A stretch of DNA of 33,807 nt, taken from NCBI GenBank assembly GCA_021432655.1, contig MU271663.1:1-33807 (forward strand). The letters run 5' to 3'. Numbering within the stretch: the first letter of the stretch is position 1; every line of letters starts with the position of its first letter. The DNA comes from Atractiella rhizophila. Its lineage: Eukaryota. Made by a program: the position numbers and the translations under genes. Shown piece by piece: positions 11,867 to 22,836 of the stretch. The notes beneath the pieces were generated by a model. The model saw only the letters and a list, made by a program, of their open reading frames with translations, did not search any database and had not been told where the DNA came from.

Positions 11867-13216
11867 TTAATACCATTAGGTCTTTATCAAATTGTTAATC
11901 ACGACATCTTAACATTGTAAAACGAGTCTCATCTAGAATGCTATGAAGGACGACATTTGGGTATTAAATAACAAGGGAGGTTTACAACACAAGGTACAAG
12001 TAGGGCAATTCAACTTGATTCAACTTGGCTTTTAGCCTGTGCAATGGTAATGAATGATGGCAAGAACGGACGCATGCAGCTTCTTTCATTACATGGATCA
12101 AATGGTCAATCTGACTTTCTAGTTTGTTTGAAGCTATTAAGGTCATAAAATCGCACGCACACTATTGGGTCTGCCATAACAGTCTTGCAACGAGAGAGCA
12201 ACGTGAGTGATGCTCGCTCTGACACATATACACGTCAGTGCGCAGATGAGAATGTTGTACCAACCATCTACTATATACAAAATCCCATGACAACTTTAGG
12301 ATAGAAGGGGCAACAAAAAGGAAGAATCATCCAAACGTTTCTGAACTCACGTGCTCCATGAACGACATGAGCCAGTCGAACATGCGAGCATTTCTGAGCA
12401 ACAGGCCAAGGACAAACGCCGCAACCATATGCACTATATTTACTATCCACGCTCTCTTAGGACAGTTTGGTCTGTAATAGCAGGACAGCAGACAACTGCT
12501 GCAGCTTCTCCTGAGGGATTGGTTTCGCGTCAAAATCAAGGCTCTCTCAACCCCCTAATTCATTATCAAACCAAACTCACATCAATATCATCTCTCCCAC
12601 TCTTCCCCTGCGCTTCCCATGTAGCACCAGGTCCGTAGTTTTTCCTCCCAACACTGAACAACCTCCTATGAACGGTTCGTCGCCAAAAGATCGCAGACAT
12701 GGTGTAACAGCCGAAAAGAAGGGAAGGATGCGCGATAACAAGTTGCCTCAGCTCGCAGGCAGCCCTTATAAGCTTCGATCGTTGGGGTCGTGACTTCGAA
12801 AAATGTGCGGGTGTAGGCGGCAAACCGCGGCAAGGTCATGTGATCTACTCCTTCCGCGTCGTTTTATACTGGCAGATGCAGATAAAAACAGCTTGACACG
12901 CAAGCTTCGCAAAGTAGGCCATTAGACCTATTAGTGGTCTCTGCGAGTGCAAAGTTTGTGGATGGCAGATTATGCATGAGAGGGTTGAAGCTCCGTAGGA
13001 GAAGGGAGGAACTGTAAATGATATTGCGTATAACAAGATCAACAAATGCCGGAGTGCTCCAATCAGCAATGATATCGTAAATTGAATTGTTGACAGCAAA
13101 CAATTAAGACACTCAACAAATGAACTAAACTGAAGTCGACACTTAAAACGATCGTGTATGCTCACAAAATAGTGTTACACTTCTACCAGTTCCACCATGA
13201 AAACACTTCGTGCTCT

Positions 13217-15062
13217 CTATACGGGGTTGCCACCTGCCCAAGTTGACGGTTTGGGACCCTTGAACCAACTGATCTGACTGCTATGGCTTGGAGTAGAACT
13301 GCTGGGGCTTTCTGTATCGGGAGATGGGGGCAGTACGGAACGCGGCGTTGGGGGATTAGAGGGCGAAGAAGGGGTGAGTTCTTCATAACAGATATGTAGG
13401 CTCTTGTCATCTACCTCCCGTCCTTTCGGCGGGTAAGGGAAAGCTCCCTTTTCTCCTTCTTCCGAGGAATCGATAGTAAAAGCTCTAGCACGCGTCCAGA
13501 GGCTGAGGGCGTGCGTTGTTCCTTTAGCAGCATCCGAATCAGAGGTTATGAGGTCCCGAGCCTGCGAACGTCGTGGAAAAGGCTTCATTGCGCTTGCACC
13601 AATAAAACTGCCACGTGTGATGCCGGTCCACAACGAAGCAATGAGAGAAGGGGAACCAAAAACCACGAAGGTCCAGAAATCGAAGAGGTTGATGAAGGCG
13701 AAAATTGTCGCGCTGGTCTGCGCTCTCATTCCATAGTAGGCGATAACGAGACTGCTGGCGAGGTAGCAAGCCGAACACCCGAAGAATGCAAGAGCTGTGA
13801 GTGGGTATTAGTCCCAGTGCGATTGAGGGGGGAAGCAATCTTGCCTTGAATTTGTAAGTTGAATAGGGCACCCTGAAGCTCTCTCGCTCTTTCGGCAGAA
13901 GCAGCGACCGAATCAGGGATTTCGACATCCAATTGCTGACTTTTACGAAGATTGCGGACGTCATGGTCAATTCGTTCGAGAACTTGAATCTGACGATGGA
14001 TTTTCTTTTGTAAGAGGAAAAAGGGGATTGCTCCGCCCTGCAAATACCGAGTTAGATGACCACCGGAGCAAATGATGATGGACATACCACGATCAAGAAC
14101 AGGATCCAAAATGACAACATCCCATAGAGAACTCTGGAATAGTACTCGCAACCAGCACCCCAGTGCGTGAAATCGTTCAAAGGATCGGAAAGAGCAGCAA
14201 GTGCTACCCTTGCATCAGAAGGAGGTGACTCTCGCAATTTGAGTGAGATGTGCCGTGCGGTTCTGCAGGCATCGTAGCTTCGATTGCATTGGCGGTCAGC
14301 CCAGACGTTGACCGGAGACATGGATGCAATAAAGAGGAAAGGGACAAGGAATGTAAGGATCACTCCCGACTTTGTTCGTCTCGGACCGGTTTGGGGTGAC
14401 GTGACTTGAGTTGCTCGGGAGCTGAGGTTCGTGGATAAGAGCGTGCAGTAGCCCTTGTAATATCCCGCTGTCCAGAGGAACGTCCTGGATATCAAAGTGA
14501 ACATAGAATGCAAATGGAGGCTGAGATACAGACCAGCATATACCTCGCAGGAGCAGCTGGAAGGATGCGTCAGATATGGATAGAAAACGAAACAAATTGC
14601 GTACCAAATACTTATATCCTCCTTCATGTTTGAACACCTTGATCGTCCTCCACAGAGTTGGTTGAGCAACTAACGAGGGCGTCAGATGGGTTGTCTAGAG
14701 TTTGGGTGCCCTTGTCATACCTATAAGCCAACCAGCGATGAAGGCAGAGAAAACGATGGCTGCATTTGGGACCAGGTACTCTCCTACCACAACATGAACG
14801 CCTCAATCTAGTGAAGGGAAAGGTGCTGACCTTCACGATGGAAAGGCTTTAAGTTGTTCCTTCGAACCCAGACGCATGCCGCGCAGACTACTAAAAGCAA
14901 AGCCAGGAGAGCAGATAGGACATAAAACTGTGGTATCGCTGATGGAGTAAAGTGAGGGAAGAAAATGGTGAAGAGAGCGTCTGCAAGTTGACCATACGGG
15001 TCTTCGAGAGAGTCCGGGTCCTGGGCTAGGGCTGCGACAATAGCTGAGAGCCTACTAGCCAT
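13217..15062 (-). CDS. Orphan multi-pass membrane protein with about 7 predicted TM helices
   Basis: The spliced model links ORFs 14808-15062, 14052-14669 (part), 13726-14151 (part) and 13217-13729. It has seven hydrophobic segments, includes a GC-AG intron at 13795-13844, and ends in a Ser/Pro-rich tail. Confidence 0.7.
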
Positions 15063-16516
15063 AGCTGTCTCCTCCTACTCCAGCGACAAGCACAGGTGGG
15101 AAGGAGAAGAAGTGTTCAAAAGAGTTGACTTCTAGCTCCAGTTCTGTCTTATAACTTTCCGTCTCTGGCCCGCTTTTATCTTGATGACCGTTTCCTTTTC
15201 CTTTGGGTGTGGACCGACCTGACAAGGTTCACCACTAAGAAGACGCAAGAGTCGGAGACGGCGAAAACCACAACGTGCTTCGATCAGCGTACGGGAACCA
15301 AGTCCCAAACTCCTCTTTTGTGCTCAATTCTCAGTTAAAATGGAGAACAGGCATCAAATCAGAAGTAAGGAGACGGGCCAAGAAGACAGGTTCCAGGCCG
15401 AGGGTTATAATTGAAATCCATTTTGGACGTGGATAAACCCGGATATATCTGATTAGATGAAAGGAAGTCTCTTCATTTACATTACAGCAAGGAGCGGTAG
15501 ATCGGAGTTTCGATGTTCGCATTTTGGCTTGAAGAATAGAAGAATAGCTGAATGTTCCTCTTACAAGAACATTTGGATGAGGGTTGGTTAGCCAACACGT
15601 CTCGCACAATAAGTAGGCTCCAACGTGCTGTATAGTTACCATGCTGGCAGATTCCTGAAACTCTTTGAAGGGAGTGGGAGGTGCGGTTTCCTGTTTCAAA
15701 AGTCTATCAGTTTGAAGGCAAGTATTCTCGGCTAGCCGGACCCCCAACATTCATGGTCATGCATTTCACACTCAGGATGGAACTTATGGAAGATGGAAGA
15801 CAACAAAAGCTCGATAAATCTGCAATTGAGAAATCAGATTGGTTTGCACGAGTATTCGCAAGGTACCTTCATGGTATTGGGAGATATTGAGACATAGCAA
15901 AGAGGAACAGTTTCGAAGTCGCACAGTTGCACGTTGTCAATCATCGATATTCAAGGGTCTTTTTCAGAGTGATTAACTCTACGTTTTGTATATTGAACCT
16001 GCCGAAAAGGATCACGGTTCAAAGTTCATGATGCTTTACCTATAAGTCCTTATGACTGTAATTTGTTGCAGAAAGAAGAAACAAAAACCTTTGGTCAAAC
16101 GTCTCAGGCAACACACACACCTTGCTGCTTGCTCATTTCCGAAGTAGCCTACCAAACCCGTCGTAGATTTCATGCATTAACGAGCACTTTGTCGCTCATT
16201 CCCGCATTTTCCCATTCCAAATGTCGCTTCCTTCACGCCTTCTCTCATCTCCATTGTTACCTTCCCCTTCAACCCTTCATTCAGGTCGTAAACAATATCC
16301 GTTGCTACTTTACAGAAGCGGTCACCCTGATAACCACCTGTCTAATGTGCTTCCTGGCTTTGGTTCGATGTTTGGCTCTCGGCGTTGAGTCATTCCCAAG
16401 TGTTATGACAAACCAAACCACGACGCGTCCATTACAGTCTCTAGTTCTCAATTTCACAAGCGAGTGCCCATCCTACCACCCCGTTTACAGTATTTCGTGC
16501 CAGAGAACATCAGATT

Positions 16517-18041
16517 ATGCCCCGTCGAAAGACCACAACACAAGTTTCAGAGGAAGCAGACGCGTCTACTTCTGCCTATGTTGATCCCGCGATAGAAGGT
16601 GCCGTGGAAGAGGAAGTGGATCAGGGAAGGATATTGACTAATGCTACCCCATTACGCACGCTTGAGGTCCGTTTTCCTTTGTGTTTGAGTCGGCGTTTTT
16701 GGGAAGGAGAGTGATGTGGCGTGTATGCAAAGGGAATAAATGGCATTAAATCTCGCGACATTGATACCCTGATGGCTGCTGGATATACGACCGTTGAAAG
16801 TGTCGCTTTTACAAGTCGTCGGCATCTTTCGTCGCTGAAGGGATTCAGCGATGCGAAAGTGGAGAAGATCATGAAGGAAGGTAATTACCCCCTTCCTTGT
16901 TCAAAGAAAGATTGTGCTGAAAGGTGTGTGCAGTTACAAAGATCATCCCAATGGGCTTCACCACTGCGACGGAATACCATGCCCGACGGGCTGATTTGGT
17001 GTGCATAACGACAGGAAGCGCTCAACTTGATATCCTTCTGGGCGGCAAGTTTCCTTGAAGATTCAGGGACACAGTCTCATCATGTTGATGGGCAGGTGGC
17101 ATTGAGACTGGTGCAATCACCGAGCTTTTTGGAGAATTCCGAACTGGCAAGTCCCAAATAAGCCATCACCTCGCTGTGACCTGCCAAGTCTGTACCTCCT
17201 CCTTCCTTCTCTCAACCAACTTGAACTCCCCCTAATCTCATAGACAGCTTCCAATCTCGATGCGAGGCGGAGAAGGCAAATGTCTGTTCATCGATACCGA
17301 AGGTACCTTCCGACCCGAAAGATTGATAGCAATTGCCGAACGATACGGTCTACAGCCTGAATCGGTGCTGGATAATGTGGCATACGCAAGAGCCTACAAT
17401 GTGGATCATCAGATGGAGCTTCTTGCTCAAGGAGCAGCATTCATGAGTGAATCACGGTGAACAATGCCTCTTTTCCCAACAAGGGTGAAGCTGATCATCA
17501 AGCGGAGCTTAGTTTTTCACTCATTATTTGCGATTCTGCCACCTCATTATACCGTACGGACTACTCGGGAAGAGGCGAGCTGAGTGCGAGGCAGATGCAT
17601 ATGGCGAAATTCCTTCGCACACTGCAACGAATGGCGGATGAAGTGCGTCCTTTGTATTGTTGCTTTCATATGATGCAAGCGAGGTGATACTAACCTGGTT
17701 ATTGCGGACAGTTCGGAGTGGCAGTAGTGATAACAAACCAAGTTGTCGCTCAACTCGACAATCCTTTCGCAACGGCAGGACCAAGCATCAAGCCCATTGG
17801 TGGAAACATTATTGCTCATGCGTCTACCGTTCGGTGCGCACCGTCCCGCCTTTCCTTCTTCTGGTTGAAGCTGACAAATGAACCCACTGGGCTTAGTGTG
17901 CACCTATCGAAAAAGAAAGGCGCGACACGAGGAGCAAAGATTACTGACTCCCCTAATCTCCCTGAAGCTAGCGCAGTCTTCCAAATCACAGCAGAGGGGA
18001 TTAATGATGTTGATGAACTCGCAGGAGCAGATGATGACTAG
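16517..18041 (+). CDS. RAD51: RAD51-family recombinase (divergent; some Dmc1-like segments), 8 exons
   Basis: FxxA motif (GFTTA), Walker [32 protein letters not shown], Walker B LIICDS, L1 loop [17 protein letters not shown] and [13 protein letters not shown]. Introns start at 16667, 16881, 17045 (GC-AG), 17188, 17457, 17643 and ~17834. The frame is intact to TAG at 18041. Confidence 0.9.
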
Positions 18042-18280
18042 GCACTTTAGGGATCAGATTGTGGTTTGTAGTTTGTGCCGGTGAATACCTCCTTCCTGTC
18101 CTAACCGGAAATTTTGACCGTCGGTAGCCTCTGCTGTATTTTGCTTCCCTGAGTTGTAATTCTATCTTCACTTCCTCCGTTGTTCAGTGAATGGCAGATT
18201 TATTGCGTCCGCTCATTAGCATTTACAATAAACACTTTTATTGGCTCAACTTTCGCGATGGAAGGATTGAGCCAATGGGT

Positions 18281-18870
18281 TCAAAGGTCGGGCATCTTCC
18301 TCGTCACCCTATCCTTATTTTTCGCATGCTCCCTCAACTCCTCCACAATCCAGCTTCTCTCGAGCTCCGAGTCTTTAGGCGGGTCTTGTTTGCCTATACC
18401 TGCTCAGCAACAACACATACCCTCAGCAAAGTTTGAAAGGAGGAAGCAGAAGAGGCGGACTAAGGTAATAAATGGACCAATCTGGCAACGTGAGAAACTA
18501 CAATAATCCATAAAATTATCTCAACATTCCTCAAGCTCCGGAAGAAGCAGTAAAGACAAGAGCATACACGATCGAACTCTTCCAGCCTCTTCTCATCCCA
18601 TGTCGCCAACCGCTCCCGCGTTGCAAAAGTGCTCAGAAGCAAATCGGTCTCCAGAATCCCTCTCTTCCTCGTGTTATATAACAACCTTGCTCGCATGCGT
18701 TCTGCGCTCTCCCCCTCCGTTGGACGCTCAGGATTCACTCGTGGCAGGTCAGGGATTGGAGGTGGTTGGAGGTCGGATGGAACAGGATAGGGGTCACGCT
18801 GACGCAGTGCTGTGGCGCTGAATAGTCTTTGAGGGCGAGTGGAGCGGAACAGAGGTGCCAGACGAAACAT
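18281..18870 (-). CDS. SDH5: Succinate dehydrogenase assembly factor 2 (flavinylation factor), mitochondrial, 3 exons
   Basis: Arg-rich mitochondrial presequence (MFRLAPLFRSTRPQRLFS), signature RARLLYNTRKRGILETDLLLSTFA, then FLTLPDWSIYY and C-terminal RKMPDL with TGA at 18281-18283. Confidence 0.93.
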
Positions 18871-19043
18871 TCTGATAATCGTCGTAATCCCAAAGTTCAG
18901 TGAGAAGTGGCTGTTGAAAGAGTCGAACTACAGCAGAAGGAAAGACATGTAGTCAAGAGTCATGGAAAAATACCTTGACTTGCTTGACGGCTCCACCTTC
19001 CACCTTCCACTCACCCATCACACTATCCACATAACCTTTAAAG
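18871..19043. promoter_or_regulatory. Probable bidirectional promoter between SDH5 and UTP23
   Basis: Only 173 bp separate the two divergent ATGs. Confidence 0.55.
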
Positions 19044-20264
19044 ATGAGGCAGAAGCGCAATAAAGCAAACAGAAAGGTGATGCAGTTATACACCTCCACT
19101 TTCAACTTTCGGTTCGTCCTCGATCACACTTTTTTGGTTGGCAAAGATTTCTGATGTTACGATTCTTTAGAGAGCCGTATCAGGTACTTGGTGAGCATGA
19201 CCTTCGCCTTCCCTCCAAAACCTGCGAGATGTTAACTCGAGGCTGAAGTCGACAGCGATTTCGCTCTTCTCTGTATTGAGCAAAAGATGGAGTTTGACTC
19301 GAGATTCCATGTCCTCCTGCAAGGAGAAATCAAGCCTAGTCAGCCTCGCTTCCTCATATCTGAACATATATGCTGATAGAGTATGATTGGTCTAGTGATA
19401 ACTCAATGCTGCATGCAAGCGCTGTATGATGCTGGGCCTTCTGCTCAGCCAGCCGTTGAGCTCGCGAGGGGATGGGAGCGGCGGAAGTGCAACCACTGGG
19501 TTAAGAAGACATCTGAAGAGTGTATTCTGGGAATATTAGGTACTTATGCTTGTTTATGCTCCTTCGCCCAAGCTGATTGAAATGTGTAGGAAATGAGAAT
19601 AAGCACAGATATATCATAGCCACCCAATCCACCTCCCTCCGTTCTTCTCTGCGCACAATTCCAGGCCTACCGATCATCTTCCTCAACCGTTCCATTCTTC
19701 TCCTCGAGCAGCCTTCAGAAGCTACAGTGAAGCGAAAAGAGCAAGTGAGTTCAATGATTCTTCCGTCTTCCTTTCCAGAATAAGTGCACTAGCTGATAAC
19801 TTTGGTAGATGGATAGCTCCAAACTACACATCCCTGCGCACGAACTCGACTTCCTCAGATCTGCCGCTCCTTCAGTCCGAATCCCGAAATCCGCACTCGA
19901 CAACGTCGCCCTCAACGATCCGTCCCCCTCTTCATCTACCTCTGTCACCAACAACCCATCTGCGTCCACATCCGTAACGGTGACGACGGAAGGAGAGGTG
20001 AAGAGGAAAGGAAAGCGAAAAGCGAAAGGTCCGAACCCGCTGAGCTTGAAGAAGAAGAAGAAGCCTGGAGCTCCAAAAGGTGCGCAGGAGAGCGGGAAGA
20101 AGGGGCACTTGAGGATGCCGATGGGTGGGGGACGGCCAGCTGATGAGGTGGGAGAGAAGAGGAAGGCACAAATGCTGGATGGAGCCGGCGCAGGGGAACC
20201 GGATGGAGGGAGACCGAAGAAGAGGAAGAGGATGGAGACTTCGCAGCCTTCAATTGAGGCGTGA
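19044..20264 (+). CDS. UTP23: rRNA-processing protein Utp23 (PIN-domain, SSU processome), multi-exon
   Basis: MRQKRNKANRKVM...FNFREPYQVL, ITQCCMQALY, ERRKCNH zinc ligands, NKHRYIIATQ, IPGLPIIFLNRS and the C-terminal KAKGPNPLSLKKKKK motif. Confidence 0.93.
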
Positions 20265-22622
20265 GGTTCAGTTGCTGAGGTTTCCCACGCTCAGACTCAG
20301 AATCTGGTTCCTCCTGACTTCTTACTCTTCGTAGCCCCTCCACGTAATTCAAGGCACGAATACCTCCAAAAGATGTGGACGTAATTGTATATTTCATGCC
20401 ATGAACGTCAGCAATTTACGGTTCTCCCCACCACCTCTGCCCAACTCTGCCTGCCCGAAAAAGGAACGAGACGAAATTGGCCGACCTCGAGGACGAACGA
20501 GTAATCATTGCCATGCCTTAGTTCCAACCTTTGGGTTTGGTTTGACGCGAGTCGGACCGACCCTGTACCCAAACCGAACCAGATTCAACCAACTTACCAT
20601 ACCTCCCTTGCGGACTTCGCCGTTCTGCTTCTGAAGGTCCATGTAACGGATCCCCGCCATTCGGTAGGTCCTGGCGCTGTCAAAGTATCGACAACCGAAC
20701 TTACCAACACTGTCAACAACGAAGTCCTGCTCTTCTTCCCGCTTCACCCAATACCTATCACAATCCATCCCTCGGTTATTCCACCCTTACAGGACCGGCT
20801 GAAAGCACGGCTGAGATGGGCGACTGAACATTCAACAAAATGGGATGCTCCGGCATTCAGTCTCGCCGAATGAACAATAATTTTCTCCCATTTAATCGTA
20901 GCTTCGGAATTTAATAATGCAAGTCCATTATTCCGAACCTACGATAAAACGGTTATTCCGGATCAATTGAAGCGAAGTGTAATTTGTTGATTGACGCGCG
21001 TGCTTTGTCGCTTGTGCCTTTCACTTCCTGAGCTCCGCAACGCGAATTGAACAAAAGGCCGAGATTTTGGATGGTGGATGACCTCAATGATTGAGTGGAC
21101 GTTGACATGTCGACGTGTCTATGGGGTCTGGGAGGGAAGACAAGTTCGAAAAGAGGAGGATACGGTTCAGAATAAGTGAACGATTTCTAACTTCTTGGGA
21201 TGGAATCACGATTGGCTATTAGAGGCTTGTTCGAGAGCAACGGTTCGAACGTGCAGACGTTCAAATTGTTATGTTCGAATCGAATTGTTGAAGGAAACGG
21301 TGGAGTCGACCTAGCCACCTCGTCCGTCCCTGCCGACCCTGATCTTCCATGAATGGGTCAAGATGGGTGGGTGAATGAGGCTCCAAATGATGAAGGTTGT
21401 AGGGGCACAGGCTATGCCTCACGTCGTCGACAAGACACAACACGTTCAACCCGTCCAGGTGAAGGTGTAACAGGCTGTCAGGGCAGAGTATCGTTGCAAC
21501 CTTCAAGCGTTCGAGAAGAATACGGATCGATTATCTGTAAATCTATGTACTCTATCGAATCATGTCACCTGTCACATCCCTGTCATCCTGTCATCCAGAC
21601 AGTTAAGTAAATACATTCCAAGCAGGTGACAGCCTCGCACCACAATTCGGTTAGTTGACCTTCAATCAAGCCATCTTTCGTTGAAATGTTTCATTTTTGG
21701 ATCGAGCTGAGCGTTTCAAATCGTTGTCGTGTTGGCCTTCGTCTTCGATGGCAGGTCGATCCAATCATCTGACCATTCCTTCATCCAACTGTTTGTGCAC
21801 ACATGAGCGATTCAGAGCCTGTCTGGAACTTTCATTTATCGCACAGATCCTCCCAACTGATTCTAACTGATCCCAGTCGCTTGAGCTTCTTTGAACTGTT
21901 TGAACGATCTTCTCATTCTTTCATTCCTCCTTCGGGAGCCCAACATCTCCTCCATCTCGACTTTTGGTTCCTTCCTTTTGATAATGACAACACAGACAGA
22001 TAAGGCTGTCACTGTAAGAATTGCGACTTCTTCTACCATTCAATCTCCTCCACCCACTGTATATATTAGTTTACATTGAATGCTTCAATATGCGGTGTCT
22101 ATCATACTCTGTGCAGCATTCTTTGTTCTCTGATTCCCAAAACTCGAATGCCGAACTTTACGGACAAAGTAGGAGAAGCTGGGGTTGCTGAGATCCAGGA
22201 GAAGGTTGTGGCCACTGGTTCCAAATAGGTTGGGTTGGGTTGAGGTGGTGCAGCGCACACAAGTTAGGTGGTTGGAACGAGGGCTGGCGCCGAAGATGTG
22301 GATCTTGTGAGGAGAATGCAGATGTGCGGATGATCGACAGAGATTTGCGCCCTTTGTTCGGGGTCGGCAGGGGCACGTGGACGCTGCTTATGATTGGGTG
22401 CTGTGAGGTTGAGCTGGTTTTGATTGCTGGTGCGGGTACATACGTGCATATGAAGGAGATAAGAGAGAGATACGAACGATAAATATGAATGGAGATAGGA
22501 AGGAGATGAGATGACGCAGAAGGAGAAGGAATAAAGAGAAGAGAGATAGACAGGCGGAAGGGAAGTGCTAGCTTCGGAGAATAATTTAGGTCCAGATAGA
22601 GTTGTTGAATTGAGCTGGGATT

Positions 22623-22790
22623 TATAAAACCGACCCTCGTTCTTTTCTCTCTCCCTTTGCTTCCTGGCCTTCTTCTATTCCTCCTCTTCCGTGAACTTCC
22701 TCTTGTTTCGCAGCATTACATCATCACTCCACTCCATCCATCCCCTTGTTTCTGCCCATTTCGCATTTCAACATTATCTCTGTCATCCTC
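22623..22790 (+). promoter_or_regulatory. TATA box and CT-rich core promoter/5'UTR of SSN6
   Basis: TATAAAA at 22623-22629 followed by a pyrimidine-rich tract, about 200 bp upstream of the ATG at 22837. Confidence 0.45.
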
Positions 22791-22836
22791 GGCTAAATAG
22801 CTAACAGCTGGTTAGCTGGAAGATTGGAAGAAGAAC

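Noticed and set aside
12300..13170. Several 70-106 aa ORFs between BCAT and the 7-TM gene
   Set aside because: No homology cues or coherent exon chain.
13217..18041. Mating-type locus hypothesis (7-TM protein near a recombinase)
   Set aside because: The 7-TM protein lacks Ste3 motifs, and no CAAX pheromone precursor or homeodomain gene was seen.
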